This document shows positions 8,983 through 18,131 of a DNA stretch of 64,000 nt, one piece after another. This DNA comes from Candidatus Nanopelagicales bacterium (GTDB lineage: Bacteria > Actinomycetota > Actinomycetes > S36-B12 > UBA5976): the NCBI GenBank assembly GCA_044343935.1, contig JBIJDU010000003.1, forward strand, positions 5,365-69,364, given 5' to 3'. Position 1 is the first letter of the stretch. Each line of letters opens with the position of its first letter. The position numbers and the translations under genes are program-made. Under the pieces are notes generated by a model, which ran no database searches, had not been told where the DNA came from, and worked only from the letters and a program-made list of their open reading frames with translations.

Positions 8983-10472
8983 TAGCGATAGTGATCTGGC
9001 TTGAATGGGCCGCTCTTAGTTACACCCATGTATTCGGCTTGCTCCGTGGTTAATTCAGTAAGCGATACGCCAAGTGCAGTTAAGTGCAGTCGAGCCACTT
9101 TCTCGTCTAGGTGCTTTGGCAGCGTGTAGACACCAATTGGATAGGCACCAGTGTTGGTGAACAACTCAATTTGCGCTAGCACCTGATTGGTGAACGAGGT
9201 TGACATCACAAATGATGGGTGACCAGTTGCATTGCCTAGGTTTAGCAGGCGACCTTCCGATAGCACAATGATTGATTTGTGATCTGGGAAGATCCATTCA
9301 TCAACTTGTGGCTTGATGTTATTGCGCACAACTCCTGGCACCTTGGCAAGTCCAGCCATATCAATTTCATTATCAAAATGGCCAATGTTGCCCAAAATGG
9401 CCTGATGACGCATCTGACGCATGTGATCAACAGTGACCACGTTCTTGCAACCAGTTGCAGTGATCACAATGTCTGCTTCACCAATTACTTCTTCTAAAGT
9501 TTTTACGGTGTAGCCATCCATTGCGGCCTGCAGCGCACAAATTGGATCAATCTCAGTTACCACAACGCGAGCACCCTGGCCGCGTAGTGATTCAGCTGAA
9601 CCCTTACCGACATCGCCATAACCGCAGATAACGGCAAGCTTGCCAGCAATCAACACATCAGTTGCGCGATTAATGCCGTCGATCAATGAGTGGCGGCAGC
9701 CGTACTTGTTATCAAACTTACTCTTAGTTACCGCATCGTTTACGTTAATTGCTGGGAAGAGCAACTTGCTCTCTTTTGCCATTTCATATAGTCGATGCAC
9801 ACCAGTTGTTGTCTCTTCCGTTACACCTTTTATGCCAGCGGCAATCTTGGTCCAGCGCTGATTGTCCGCGGCTAAGGAAGCGGCCAAAGTTTGTAGCACT
9901 ACTGCGAATTCTTCAGAGTCTGCTGTTGCTGGATCAGCAACAATGCCTGTGCGCTCAGCTTCTTTACCTAAGTGCACCAACATGGTGGCATCGCCACCAT
10001 CATCCAAGATCATGTTTGGTCCCTTGCCATCTGGCCAAATTAGAACCTGCTCAGTGCACCACCAATATTCTTCAAGTGATTCACCTTTCCAGGCATAAAC
10101 TGGAACGCCAGCTGGTTTATTAACACTGCCGTTAGGTCCAACTACTACTGCTGCTGCAGCATGATCTTGGGTGGAGAAAATGTTGCAGCTAGCCCAACGG
10201 ACTTCAGCACCCAACTCAACCAAGGTCTCAATTAGCACTGCAGTTTGCACAGTCATATGCAATGAGCCGGTAATGCGAGCACCCTTAAGCGGCTTGCTGG
10301 TGCCGAACTCACGGCGCATTGCCATTAGGCCTGGCATCTCGTTCTCAGCAAGATTAATCTCTTTGCGACCAAATTCAGCAAGTGATAAATCGGCAACTTT
10401 ATAGTCTGGGGCATAGCCAGAATTTGAAAGTACGTCTGAGCCGATGGTGGCAGTACCAAGATCTAGCGCCAT
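8979..10472 (-). CDS. ahcY: adenosylhomocysteinase
   Basis: Start refined to the ATG at 10472, with GGAG upstream. Motifs are [16 protein letters not shown], the NAD site [18 protein letters not shown], and the C-terminus DHYRY. Confidence 0.95.
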   Translation of the reverse strand: MALDLGTATIGSDVLSNSGYAPDYKVADLSLAEFGRKEINLAENEMPGLMAMRREFGTSKPLKGARITGSLHMTVQTAVLIETLVELGAEVRWASCNIFSTQDHAAAAVVVGPNGSVNKPAGVPVYAWKGESLEEYWWCTEQVLIWPDGKGPNMILDDGGDATMLVHLGKEAERTGIVADPATADSEEFAVVLQTLAASLAADNQRWTKIAAGIKGVTEETTTGVHRLYEMAKESKLLFPAINVNDAVTKSKFDNKYGCRHSLIDGINRATDVLIAGKLAVICGYGDVGKGSAESLRGQGARVVVTEIDPICALQAAMDGYTVKTLEEVIGEADIVITATGCKNVVTVDHMRQMRHQAILGNIGHFDNEIDMAGLAKVPGVVRNNIKPQVDEWIFPDHKSIIVLSEGRLLNLGNATGHPSFVMSTSFTNQVLAQIELFTNTGAYPIGVYTLPKHLDEKVARLHLTALGVSLTELTTEQAEYMGVTKSGPFKPDHYRY

Positions 10473-10535
10473 TTTTTCTCCGTAGGTCAAGTAGGGCGGT
10501 ATTCTCGCAGACTTGAGCAAATTCGCGTACTTTGG

Positions 10536-11672
10536 CTAGCCCTGCGCGAGCCCAGCCTTGAGATCAACGATGAATGGGATTGGCCCTGGGTCAATGCCAG
10601 TTGCCAGCGCCACATAAGCAGAGGCGTAATCCACGATGGTAGCAATAGTGGCTACCCGATGCAGTGGTTGCTGCTCATCAGCGGTGATGGTGGTCACCAA
10701 CATCCCGCGCGAAATAGCCAGATCGGTCACTAAGTCAGCAGTGCGGCGAGCAAGTTCGCTCTCTTGCGCATCGCGTAGCAGCACTAATCGCAGACCAGAA
10801 GTAATTGTTGGATCTTCAATTCGATCCTTAAACAACTGTTCCACTGCATCGTCGTCATCTAGAAAGAAGCCATCCATAACCACCACTTGATTATGCGCCG
10901 CTTCAGGCAATGTGCCATAAATTGCTGGCGCATTGGCATTCTCATTTAACTGACAGGCAAATCGATATGCCAGTGGCGCTAACTGCGAGCTGGTTGCCCA
11001 GCAAATAGTGACATGTCCGGCAACTTCTAGCGCTAATGCTTTTGCCGCACTTTCATCCAACGCTGAAGTTGCACCATTTTGAGTTGATAGCAGATCTAAT
11101 TTATCGGCAAGTGCTGCCGCGTCTTTTGCTTTGAACTCCATTAAGCCAAGCGCATCAGCAATCATCAACTGCGGTGTTAACAACAACCATAAACATGCTC
11201 TTGGCATTCGACCTGCGGGATCAATCTCAATCAAATCGGCACGATGATCTGATACCAAATTTGCCAGTTTTGAATTTGCTGATGAAATTGCTACCACACG
11301 ACAACCCCGCTGCAGCGCACTTTGCGTTGCACTTAAGGTTTCTGCGGTATTGCCAGATGCTGAACAGGAAATTACAAAATCATTACTACCAACCCAAGCA
11401 GGTAACGAATCGGAATTCACCGCAATAACTGGAATGCCGCCATTTGTAATGTTGGCTTGCAGAATCTGACCGGCAATTCCAGATCCGCCCATTCCTAAAA
11501 TAACTACTGCTCGCGGTTGCTCAGACTTAATTGAATTGAGCAATTCAGCAGAAACTGCTTTGCTAGCCACTCGGACTTGCGCACCTGCTTCAGCGATCGC
11601 TTTTAGCATCTGCGTGCTGTCGCACAACGCCATGGCATCAGCATCATCAAGCAACGCATCATCAATTATCAT
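10536..11672 (-). CDS. SIS-domain sugar-phosphate isomerase (bifunctional glucose-6-P/mannose-6-P isomerase type)
   Basis: Contains GMGGSGIAG and a second SIS-like half. It lies downstream of manB, as does the Rv3256c homologue in mycobacteria (synteny from memory). Confidence 0.75.
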   Translation of the reverse strand: MIIDDALLDDADAMALCDSTQMLKAIAEAGAQVRVASKAVSAELLNSIKSEQPRAVVILGMGGSGIAGQILQANITNGGIPVIAVNSDSLPAWVGSNDFVISCSASGNTAETLSATQSALQRGCRVVAISSANSKLANLVSDHRADLIEIDPAGRMPRACLWLLLTPQLMIADALGLMEFKAKDAAALADKLDLLSTQNGATSALDESAAKALALEVAGHVTICWATSSQLAPLAYRFACQLNENANAPAIYGTLPEAAHNQVVVMDGFFLDDDDAVEQLFKDRIEDPTITSGLRLVLLRDAQESELARRTADLVTDLAISRGMLVTTITADEQQPLHRVATIATIVDYASAYVALATGIDPGPIPFIVDLKAGLAQG

Positions 11673-11826
11673 TTTTTTCCTTTAGCAAAATAGCAATTTC
11701 GTTTTTAATAACAAATTGCTGGCCACAAGTTAGGCAAACCAACTGATCTGCCTGCAGTTGCAGCTGGCCGCTATCGCCAGCCGGACAGCGCAAAATTTGT
11801 GTTAAATCGCCAATGGAGAGCCTCAC
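11662..11826 (-). CDS. Trm112-like small zinc-ribbon protein (54 aa, below the ORF-track cutoff)
   Basis: Hand translation from GTG 11826: VRLSIGDLTQILRCPAGDSGQLQLQADQLVCLTCGQQFVIKNEIAILLKEKNDN. This matches the Trm112 family pattern (ILxCP ... L.C..C...F.I...I..LL). It fills the otherwise empty manB-SIS gap, and its stop overlaps the SIS start by 11 nt. Confidence 0.55.
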   Translation of the reverse strand: MRLSIGDLTQILRCPAGDSGQLQLQADQLVCLTCGQQFVIKNEIAILLKEKNDN

Positions 11827-11850
11827 TCCCCTACTTTCGCACAGGAAGGG

Positions 11851-13221
11851 CTAAAAGTCTCCAATTACGGCAAGGGCAGCAGCAACTTGCTGCTGCAAAA
11901 TCTCTTCGCTATCAGCTTCTACGTTCAAGCGCACCAGCGGCTCGGTGTTGCTGGCTCTCACATTTAGCCACCAAGTCTGGCTGGTAATTGTGATCCCATC
12001 TAACTCATCTAATTCATTTCCCGGTCCAAAAGCGCGCTTCACGCGATCGATTGCCGCTGTTACATCTGGTACTTTGGAATTAATTTCACCTGATTGTGGA
12101 TAGCGAGCACATGATGCAATTAACTCACTAAATTTTTTATCGCTATTAGATAACTCTGCAATTGCAAACAGCGCTGCTAACATTCCAGAATCCGCAAACC
12201 AGAAATCTCGGAAATAAAAATGGCCAGAGTGCTCGCCACCAAATACCGCATTGCGCTCAGCCATTACTTGCTTAATAAACGAATGTCCAACTCGAGTTCG
12301 CACCGCATGGCCACCATGCTCGGCAATAATTTCAGGTACTGCATTGGAGCTGATTAAATTATGCACGATGGTTGCGCCTGGATTATTGAGCAGAAATCGT
12401 TTTGCAATTAACGCAGTTAGCGCACTTGGCGTCACCAGCGCACCAGTTTCATCAACTAAGAAACAGCGATCTGCATCACCATCAAATGCCAGTCCCAAAT
12501 CCGCGTTAGTTTCAATTACTTTTTGTTGTAATTGAACTAAATTAGTTGGATCAATTGGATTTGCTTCATGATTGGGAAAATTGCCATCTAACTCAAAATA
12601 CATCTCAATGACTGACAGGCCTGGCAGCGCCAACACACTAGGTGCGGTATGACCAGCCATTCCATTACCCGCATCAACCACCACAGTTAGTGGTTTAACT
12701 TGATTTAGTCCGGCTAATTCATGTAAGAACTTGGCATAGTCAGCCAATACGTCTTGCCTGGTAATTGAGCCAGTAGTAGCCGCCGGTTCAATACTGCCGG
12801 CAGCCACAATCTCTTTTATTTTTGCTAAGCCCGTTTCTTGACCAACTGGTTTGGCGCCAGCAAGACATAACTTAATTCCGTTATAGGCGGCTGGATTATG
12901 ACTTGCAGTGAGCATCGCGCCTGGTAATTTCAACTTACCGGATGCAAAATAAAGTTGATCAGTACTTGCCAGCCCAATATCAATCACATCAACGCCTTGC
13001 GAGTTAACGCCTGCGGCAAAAGCCTGGGCATAGCCAACGCCGCTATCGCGCATATCGCGACCTAGCACAATGGCACCAGGGCCACCGCCAGCAACGGCAA
13101 TATCTAACGCAACCACAAATGCCGCACCAACTGCTTGCACGATTTCGGCATTGAGTTCAGTGTCAACTAGGCCACGAATGTCGTAGGCCTTAAAGATTTT
13201 CGCTAATTGCGGCATTGCCAT
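11851..13221 (-). CDS. manB: phosphomannomutase/phosphoglucomutase
   Basis: Phosphoserine loop TASHNPAAYNGIK, Mg site FDGDADR and sugar loop GGEHSGH. Confidence 0.9.
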   Translation of the reverse strand: MAMPQLAKIFKAYDIRGLVDTELNAEIVQAVGAAFVVALDIAVAGGGPGAIVLGRDMRDSGVGYAQAFAAGVNSQGVDVIDIGLASTDQLYFASGKLKLPGAMLTASHNPAAYNGIKLCLAGAKPVGQETGLAKIKEIVAAGSIEPAATTGSITRQDVLADYAKFLHELAGLNQVKPLTVVVDAGNGMAGHTAPSVLALPGLSVIEMYFELDGNFPNHEANPIDPTNLVQLQQKVIETNADLGLAFDGDADRCFLVDETGALVTPSALTALIAKRFLLNNPGATIVHNLISSNAVPEIIAEHGGHAVRTRVGHSFIKQVMAERNAVFGGEHSGHFYFRDFWFADSGMLAALFAIAELSNSDKKFSELIASCARYPQSGEINSKVPDVTAAIDRVKRAFGPGNELDELDGITITSQTWWLNVRASNTEPLVRLNVEADSEEILQQQVAAALAVIGDF

Positions 13222-13246
13222 GTCGCCAGCGTATCTGGCTAATTAA

Positions 13247-13558
13247 TTATTCGGTAGGTGGCACTAACCGAAGTTGTGGCCTAGGCATATTGGTGCCAGC
13301 AGGATGCCGATCTCGATAACTAGTGTCGTAATCCAGATCGGTGCCAGTTAACAGCGCCGCATCAACTTTCAATCTAACAACTTCCCAGCCAACCGGAACG
13401 GTTAGTGAATCGGTATGCGATTGGCACAAGTCGTAGCAATGTGGTTCTGGCGCTGCTGCAAGTGGACCCAGCACTGCGGTTGAGTCGGCATAGACGTAAG
13501 TCAGCGTCGCTACCGCGACCCGCTTACATGCTGGCTTAGAACACACCCGGTTACCCAC
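13247..13558 (-). CDS. DUF3499 protein (Rv3258c-like)
   Basis: Contains CSKPACKRVAVATLTYVYADSTAVLGPLA...EPHCYDLCQSH...GWEVVRL. Start moved to GTG 13558 (MGNRVCSKPAC). The tracked ATG at 13636 would overlap the divergent gene by 46 nt, and homologues as I remember them start just before the Cys motif. Confidence 0.7.
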   Translation of the reverse strand: MGNRVCSKPACKRVAVATLTYVYADSTAVLGPLAAAPEPHCYDLCQSHTDSLTVPVGWEVVRLKVDAALLTGTDLDYDTSYRDRHPAGTNMPRPQLRLVPPTE

Positions 13559-13590
13559 GCGCTCAAGGTAGTGGGTCTTACGCTTTTCTC

Positions 13591-13968
13591 GTGTTAAGAC
13601 ACAGGGATAGACATGGCCGACGACCAACTGAGCCACTGCGCTGGGATTGGCCTGAGTTAATCAGTCAAGCCCATAACTCAATTCTGCGCAGTGTGATTAA
13701 GCGGGCACCGGAACTAGAAGCACAAATTCGAGGAATTAGGTTCGAATTAATTGATCTACCGAACTTAACTGAATTAGAACTAGGAAACCAGCTATCACTT
13801 ACAAATGCGGCAGTTACTCCAACTGGAATTCAGGTTGCCATCTTTCGCCGACCAATTGAAGTGCGAGCCAGTAGCAACAAGGGCCGTGTTTCGTTACTAC
13901 GTTTTGCAATAGCCGAATCGTTAGCCGAATTACTAAATGTTGATATCGAAATTTTTAACGAAAACTAA
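13591..13968 (+). CDS. Rv3259-like 'metallopeptidase family' protein (no HExxH visible)
   Basis: N-terminal RHRDRHGRR and the central IAIFRRPIEVRA motif. It sits between DUF3499 and whiB, as in other actinobacteria (from memory). Confidence 0.65.
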   Translation: MLRHRDRHGRRPTEPLRWDWPELISQAHNSILRSVIKRAPELEAQIRGIRFELIDLPNLTELELGNQLSLTNAAVTPTGIQVAIFRRPIEVRASSNKGRVSLLRFAIAESLAELLNVDIEIFNEN

Positions 13969-14222
13969 ACTGCTTTACGACGAAGTCGTCGTCGCTCGCG
14001 CTCAGATAATCCGCCCCAGATGCCAAAGCGTTCATCGTTCTCCAAGGCGTATTCCAAACATTCGACTCGTACTTCACAAGACAAGCAAACGCGCTTTGCA
14101 TCCCGAGTAGAGCCACCTTTTTCTGGGAAGAAAGCCTCTGGATCGGTTTGTGCACATAGTGCCCGCTCTTGCCAAGAAATCACTTCTAGGTCTACATCGA
14201 GCATGCGACCAACAGATGCCAT
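13965..14222 (-). CDS. whiB: WhiB-family Fe-S transcription factor (WhiB2/WhmD-type by synteny)
   Basis: Four Cys (ALCAQ ... RVCLSCEVRVEC), the GIWGG turn and a basic tail RERRRLRRK. Confidence 0.93.
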   Translation of the reverse strand: MASVGRMLDVDLEVISWQERALCAQTDPEAFFPEKGGSTRDAKRVCLSCEVRVECLEYALENDERFGIWGGLSERERRRLRRKAV

Positions 14223-14348
14223 GGAAAAATCCCTTCTAAGTGGGTGAATTACACACTTGTTATTCGGTTTTAGTCAAGTTTTAAGGGGAAAATAGCCCTT
14301 TCGGGGGCAGAAAATTAGTTAATCACCAGTAACTGGGGGCATATCTGG

Positions 14349-15404
14349 CTAATTTCCAGAAAGCGCTAGATCGGGCCAAACCCTTGTCCCTGGCGGAATT
14401 TCAGCCTCAATTTGGCAGTGTTCTGAAATCACAACGCGAGTTAAAGCCAGATTGTCCGCCAACTGTGATTTTGCTCCCAAAATTGAATCAAAGAGCTGTG
14501 CCCCTGCGCCAACTTGTGCTGCTGTAAAAACAATTGAGCCAGAAACCACCGCACCAGCACCAATAATGGCATCAGCTGAGATCACGGAACCACCAAAAAT
14601 TATTGCCGTTGGATCTACTTTTGCGCTCGGATGAATGATTGCTTCGGATCTAGTTTTAATCAATGGCGAAGGCACAATTTGCTGTACTAAATCCGCTGAA
14701 CCTTGAATATAAGAATAAGGCGTTCCTAAATCTAAGAAATATGAATTATCCAAATAACCCAGCATCACTACCCCATCAGCTAGCGCAGCTGGAAACACTT
14801 CACGCTCAACTGATGCTGGCACCCCTGGTGCAATTCGCTGAACTAACTCATAACTCAAAATGTAACAACCAGCATTAATTTGATCGGTAACAATTTCAGC
14901 TGCAGTTTTAGGCTTTTCTAAAAACGCAGTGACTTGGCCGCTGGCATCAGTTGGTACTAAACCAAACGCACTGGGGTCCGGCACTGAAACTAGATGCAGC
15001 GAACCCGCGGCATTGCTTGCGCCATACTGAGAAATTTGTGCCTTGAGATCATGCCCGCTTAACACGTCACCGTTTAGCACAACTACTGATTCGCCAGCTG
15101 CCAGCCCGAGTTGATCAGCGGCATTTCGGATTGCACCACCAGTGCCAAGCGGGGTTTGCTCAACGGCAACTTTTATCTCAGTGGTCAGATAATTCTCAGT
15201 GGCGAGCCAGTTATCAAATACTTCAGCTCGGTATGAAGTTGCCAACATAACTTCCGTAATCCCAGCATCAGCTAATTTCGCTATTTGGTGAGCAGTAATT
15301 GGATAACCAGCAACTGGCAACATTGGTTTTGGCGTAGCTAACGTTAATGGTCGAAGCCGAGTGCCTTCGCCACCAACTAATAAAATCGCTTTAGTGATGC
15401 TCAT
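14349..15404 (-). CDS. manC: mannose-1-phosphate guanylyltransferase (NDP-sugar pyrophosphorylase with LbH tail)
   Basis: LVGGEGTRLRPLTLATPKPMLPV nucleotidyltransferase motif. C-terminal hexapeptide-repeat region. Confidence 0.85.
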   Translation of the reverse strand: MSITKAILLVGGEGTRLRPLTLATPKPMLPVAGYPITAHQIAKLADAGITEVMLATSYRAEVFDNWLATENYLTTEIKVAVEQTPLGTGGAIRNAADQLGLAAGESVVVLNGDVLSGHDLKAQISQYGASNAAGSLHLVSVPDPSAFGLVPTDASGQVTAFLEKPKTAAEIVTDQINAGCYILSYELVQRIAPGVPASVEREVFPAALADGVVMLGYLDNSYFLDLGTPYSYIQGSADLVQQIVPSPLIKTRSEAIIHPSAKVDPTAIIFGGSVISADAIIGAGAVVSGSIVFTAAQVGAGAQLFDSILGAKSQLADNLALTRVVISEHCQIEAEIPPGTRVWPDLALSGN

Positions 15405-15405
15405 C

Positions 15406-16617
15406 TTAATTTGTCGCCGGCTTAATGTGTTCTATCCAAACCGATCTAGTTGGAATCGCTGCTCGTAAATTTCGACCAGAAAGCAGCGCTTTTTCGCCAG
15501 TTGACGAAACAGCGCGGAACATCCGAACTGAACCGCCTGGATTACGAGATGCTACTTGCACTTTAACCACATCTGGCAACTTAAATAACTTTGCTAATTG
15601 AGAAGCACTAACTGGCACGCTCCATCTAACTTGCGGCCCGGCGAGCGGATCAATTGAGAACTGATCTTCCACGCTTTTTGCCCAAGGACGTGGCGATCCC
15701 CAAACATCTTCGCTGTTCTCTGTCTTGCCGTTAGAGCGAGCGAAAAACCAAGCCGCCACCGGCTTTTGATCTAATCCGATCACTTGTCCAGCAGTTGTTC
15801 GCACTGCTTTGCGCCAATTGGCATATCCGGGCAATCGATATCTTTCACTGCCGCGCATGTTTTGATCACCAACTGAGAAGACATGACAACCACAACTTGT
15901 TTTTGCTCCAGCATTCACTGCCGTAATGGCAATACTGCGCGATGCAATTGCTTGTGCTTCTAGCGCTGCGGCTGGCCAAGTGGAGGCCACTTCCGCAACT
16001 AAATTCAAATACTCATCTTTTACCTGAAGTTTCAATACCGCCTGCACTGAATTTCCTCTGGCAGATAACAGCAACGGACCGAATCGATATTTAGTTGAGC
16101 TGCTATCTGCCCGTGTCAGCATTAATTCACTCTTTGGCTCTGCACTGCTAAACCCAGCCACACCAGACCATGAAATCTCCGCAGTTGGCGTTCGAACTAA
16201 TTCACCGCTGCTTGCGGTAAAAACTAAGGTGCCGTTTTCTGCAGTTACGCTCATCGCTTCAAGCGAATTGATCGGGGATTCTAAGTTTGTAATTGTCAGC
16301 GAGGTTTGATCAGTTTTGCGAATTGGAACCGCTGCAATAGTTAAGTTGGATTGATTTGCGGCAACATTGACCAGTATTGGCACCGCATCATCAACCTGAA
16401 TTAACTGTGCTGCTGGGTAGTAATGCGCGAGAATTTCAGCTGCACTTCGCCCATTTTGCGCCTGCACAAATGCGCCAACCTGACTCATGCCAACGCCATG
16501 TCCCAGGCCAAATCCGGCAATTAGAAAGTTAGGAGGCGCGGGGTTGGCCGCAGCGCTAGGGACAGTAATTGCCAACAACATCAGCGCTAGTGCTGCCCGA
16601 AAAATCGCCATGGGCAA
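15406..16617 (-). CDS. SpoIID/LytB-domain protein (secreted peptidoglycan-remodelling factor)
   Basis: Signal peptide, then GLGHGVGMSQVGA...ILAHYYPAAQL and WPAAALEAQAIASRS motifs. Confidence 0.75.
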   Translation of the reverse strand: MPMAIFRAALALMLLAITVPSAAANPAPPNFLIAGFGLGHGVGMSQVGAFVQAQNGRSAAEILAHYYPAAQLIQVDDAVPILVNVAANQSNLTIAAVPIRKTDQTSLTITNLESPINSLEAMSVTAENGTLVFTASSGELVRTPTAEISWSGVAGFSSAEPKSELMLTRADSSSTKYRFGPLLLSARGNSVQAVLKLQVKDEYLNLVAEVASTWPAAALEAQAIASRSIAITAVNAGAKTSCGCHVFSVGDQNMRGSERYRLPGYANWRKAVRTTAGQVIGLDQKPVAAWFFARSNGKTENSEDVWGSPRPWAKSVEDQFSIDPLAGPQVRWSVPVSASQLAKLFKLPDVVKVQVASRNPGGSVRMFRAVSSTGEKALLSGRNLRAAIPTRSVWIEHIKPATN

Positions 16618-16721
16618 TTATTGACGGGAAAGTGTGAGAAAATCAGCCACATATTGCGCGTGGAGCAGAACTCACAGAACTTCCTAATTGAGTCATCTAT
16701 TCTCGCCTCAAGGAGAGTTAA

Positions 16722-18131
16722 GTGCGGATAAAAGGTCATCGGCCATCGTTGGTGCTGTTAAGCAGCATCAGCGCTGTTACCTTGGCCATTACTTTGATAT
16801 CTGGCTTGTTTGGTATTGCGCTTAGAACTGTTGCAGATGAAGTAAATACCACCGACATCTCAGCCCAACTTGGTGATCGACCTGCTATCCCGGCATCGCC
16901 AACCGGTCCGATTGATATTTTGATTATGGGAAGCGATACCAGGGCTGGTCAAGGCAGAAAGTACGGTCAACCTGGCTATTACACCTCAGCGCATTCTGAT
17001 ACTACGTTGCTTGCACATATATATGAGGATCGAAAACGAGTATTAGTGGTTAGCATTCCGCGCGATACCATCGTTCGAATTCCAGAATGCACTAATTCCG
17101 AAGGCAAGGTTTATCCGCCAATTACAACCAGATTCAATTACGCCTTCACTCAAGGTGGGCCTGGTTGCACCGTAAAAACAGTTGAGTCAATTACCGGTAT
17201 CACCATTGAGCATTTCGCGGTACTGGATTTCCGCGGCTTTAAGGCAGTTGTCGATGCGTTAGGTGGTGTTGAAGTATGTGTGCCAGAAGATGTAAATGAC
17301 AATAAGAGCAAGTTATTCATCGATGCCGGCTTGCAGACACTAAATGGAGAAGACTCGCTGGCTTACGTTAGAACCAGATACGGCTTAGGTGATGGCGGAG
17401 ATATTTCGCGAATTTCTAGACAGCAAGATTTTCTCAAGTCAATGGTCCGCAAAATTACTAGCTCGCAAGTGCTGCTTGACCCAATCCGATTATTCCGAAC
17501 CTTAAATGAAGTTGCTAAATCCTTAACAACCGATCCGGCGTTGGGATCTGTTGAAAAAATGACTGCGTTAGTTCGCAGCATCGCCGGAATTGATCCCAGC
17601 AAGATTAGATTTATGACCGCACCTATCTCAACAAATCCAAAAGATCGAAATACCGTGGTTTTTTCCAAGATTGAAGCGACCAAACTTTGGACAGCATTAG
17701 CCAATGATGAGGGTTATAACGAGCCAATTGAGTTAACTGAGTCTCAAATTCCTGATGTACCAGTAACTACTGTCTCAGTCACTGTGCTAAATGGCACCAG
17801 CATTCCGGGTGCCGCCAGTGAAGCGGCTAATTTGTTAGGTGATGAAGGTTTCAAGATTGTCGGAACTAGAAATGCCCCTGAACCGGTTTCGGAAAGTTAC
17901 ATCCGAGCTAGTGAAAATCAATTACCGCAGGCCCGAACATTAGCCAAAGCATTGGGCAACAACATTGAAATTCAAATTCAGGATTCCCGCAGTAATGACA
18001 TTAAGTTATTTATTGGGTCAAATAGAGTTAATGTGATTGGTTTTCCAAAAATTGAAGAAAAGCCAGCTACTTGGCAACAACCAAAGCCATCTGGTTCAGA
18101 TGAGAAAAGTCCTTGCCTAGTTAAGAATTAG
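16722..18131 (+). CDS. LytR-CpsA-Psr (LCP) family glycopolymer-peptidoglycan ligase
   Basis: GTG start with AAGGAG upstream. N-terminal TM anchor. LCP core ILIMGSDTR...SDTTLLAHI...VVSIPRDT. C-terminal LytR_C-like domain. Confidence 0.9.
   Translation: MRIKGHRPSLVLLSSISAVTLAITLISGLFGIALRTVADEVNTTDISAQLGDRPAIPASPTGPIDILIMGSDTRAGQGRKYGQPGYYTSAHSDTTLLAHIYEDRKRVLVVSIPRDTIVRIPECTNSEGKVYPPITTRFNYAFTQGGPGCTVKTVESITGITIEHFAVLDFRGFKAVVDALGGVEVCVPEDVNDNKSKLFIDAGLQTLNGEDSLAYVRTRYGLGDGGDISRISRQQDFLKSMVRKITSSQVLLDPIRLFRTLNEVAKSLTTDPALGSVEKMTALVRSIAGIDPSKIRFMTAPISTNPKDRNTVVFSKIEATKLWTALANDEGYNEPIELTESQIPDVPVTTVSVTVLNGTSIPGAASEAANLLGDEGFKIVGTRNAPEPVSESYIRASENQLPQARTLAKALGNNIEIQIQDSRSNDIKLFIGSNRVNVIGFPKIEEKPATWQQPKPSGSDEKSPCLVKN

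Noticed and set aside
9242-10404. Several 60-125-aa ORFs on both strands within ahcY
   Set aside because: All lie inside a highly conserved adenosylhomocysteinase reading frame and have no independent signals.
10473-10535. Possible SAH riboswitch upstream of ahcY
   Set aside because: The gap is only 63 nt and lacks the conserved SAH-riboswitch pseudoknot sequences. It is probably just a promoter and RBS, or read-through from the SIS gene.
15406-16617. Apparent circular permutation of SpoIID/LytB (GHGVGMSQ...YYP motif at the extreme N-terminus rather than the C-terminus)
   Set aside because: I cannot establish from memory that this differs from the normal arrangement in actinobacterial homologues. 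It needs an alignment, so it is not reported as a finding.
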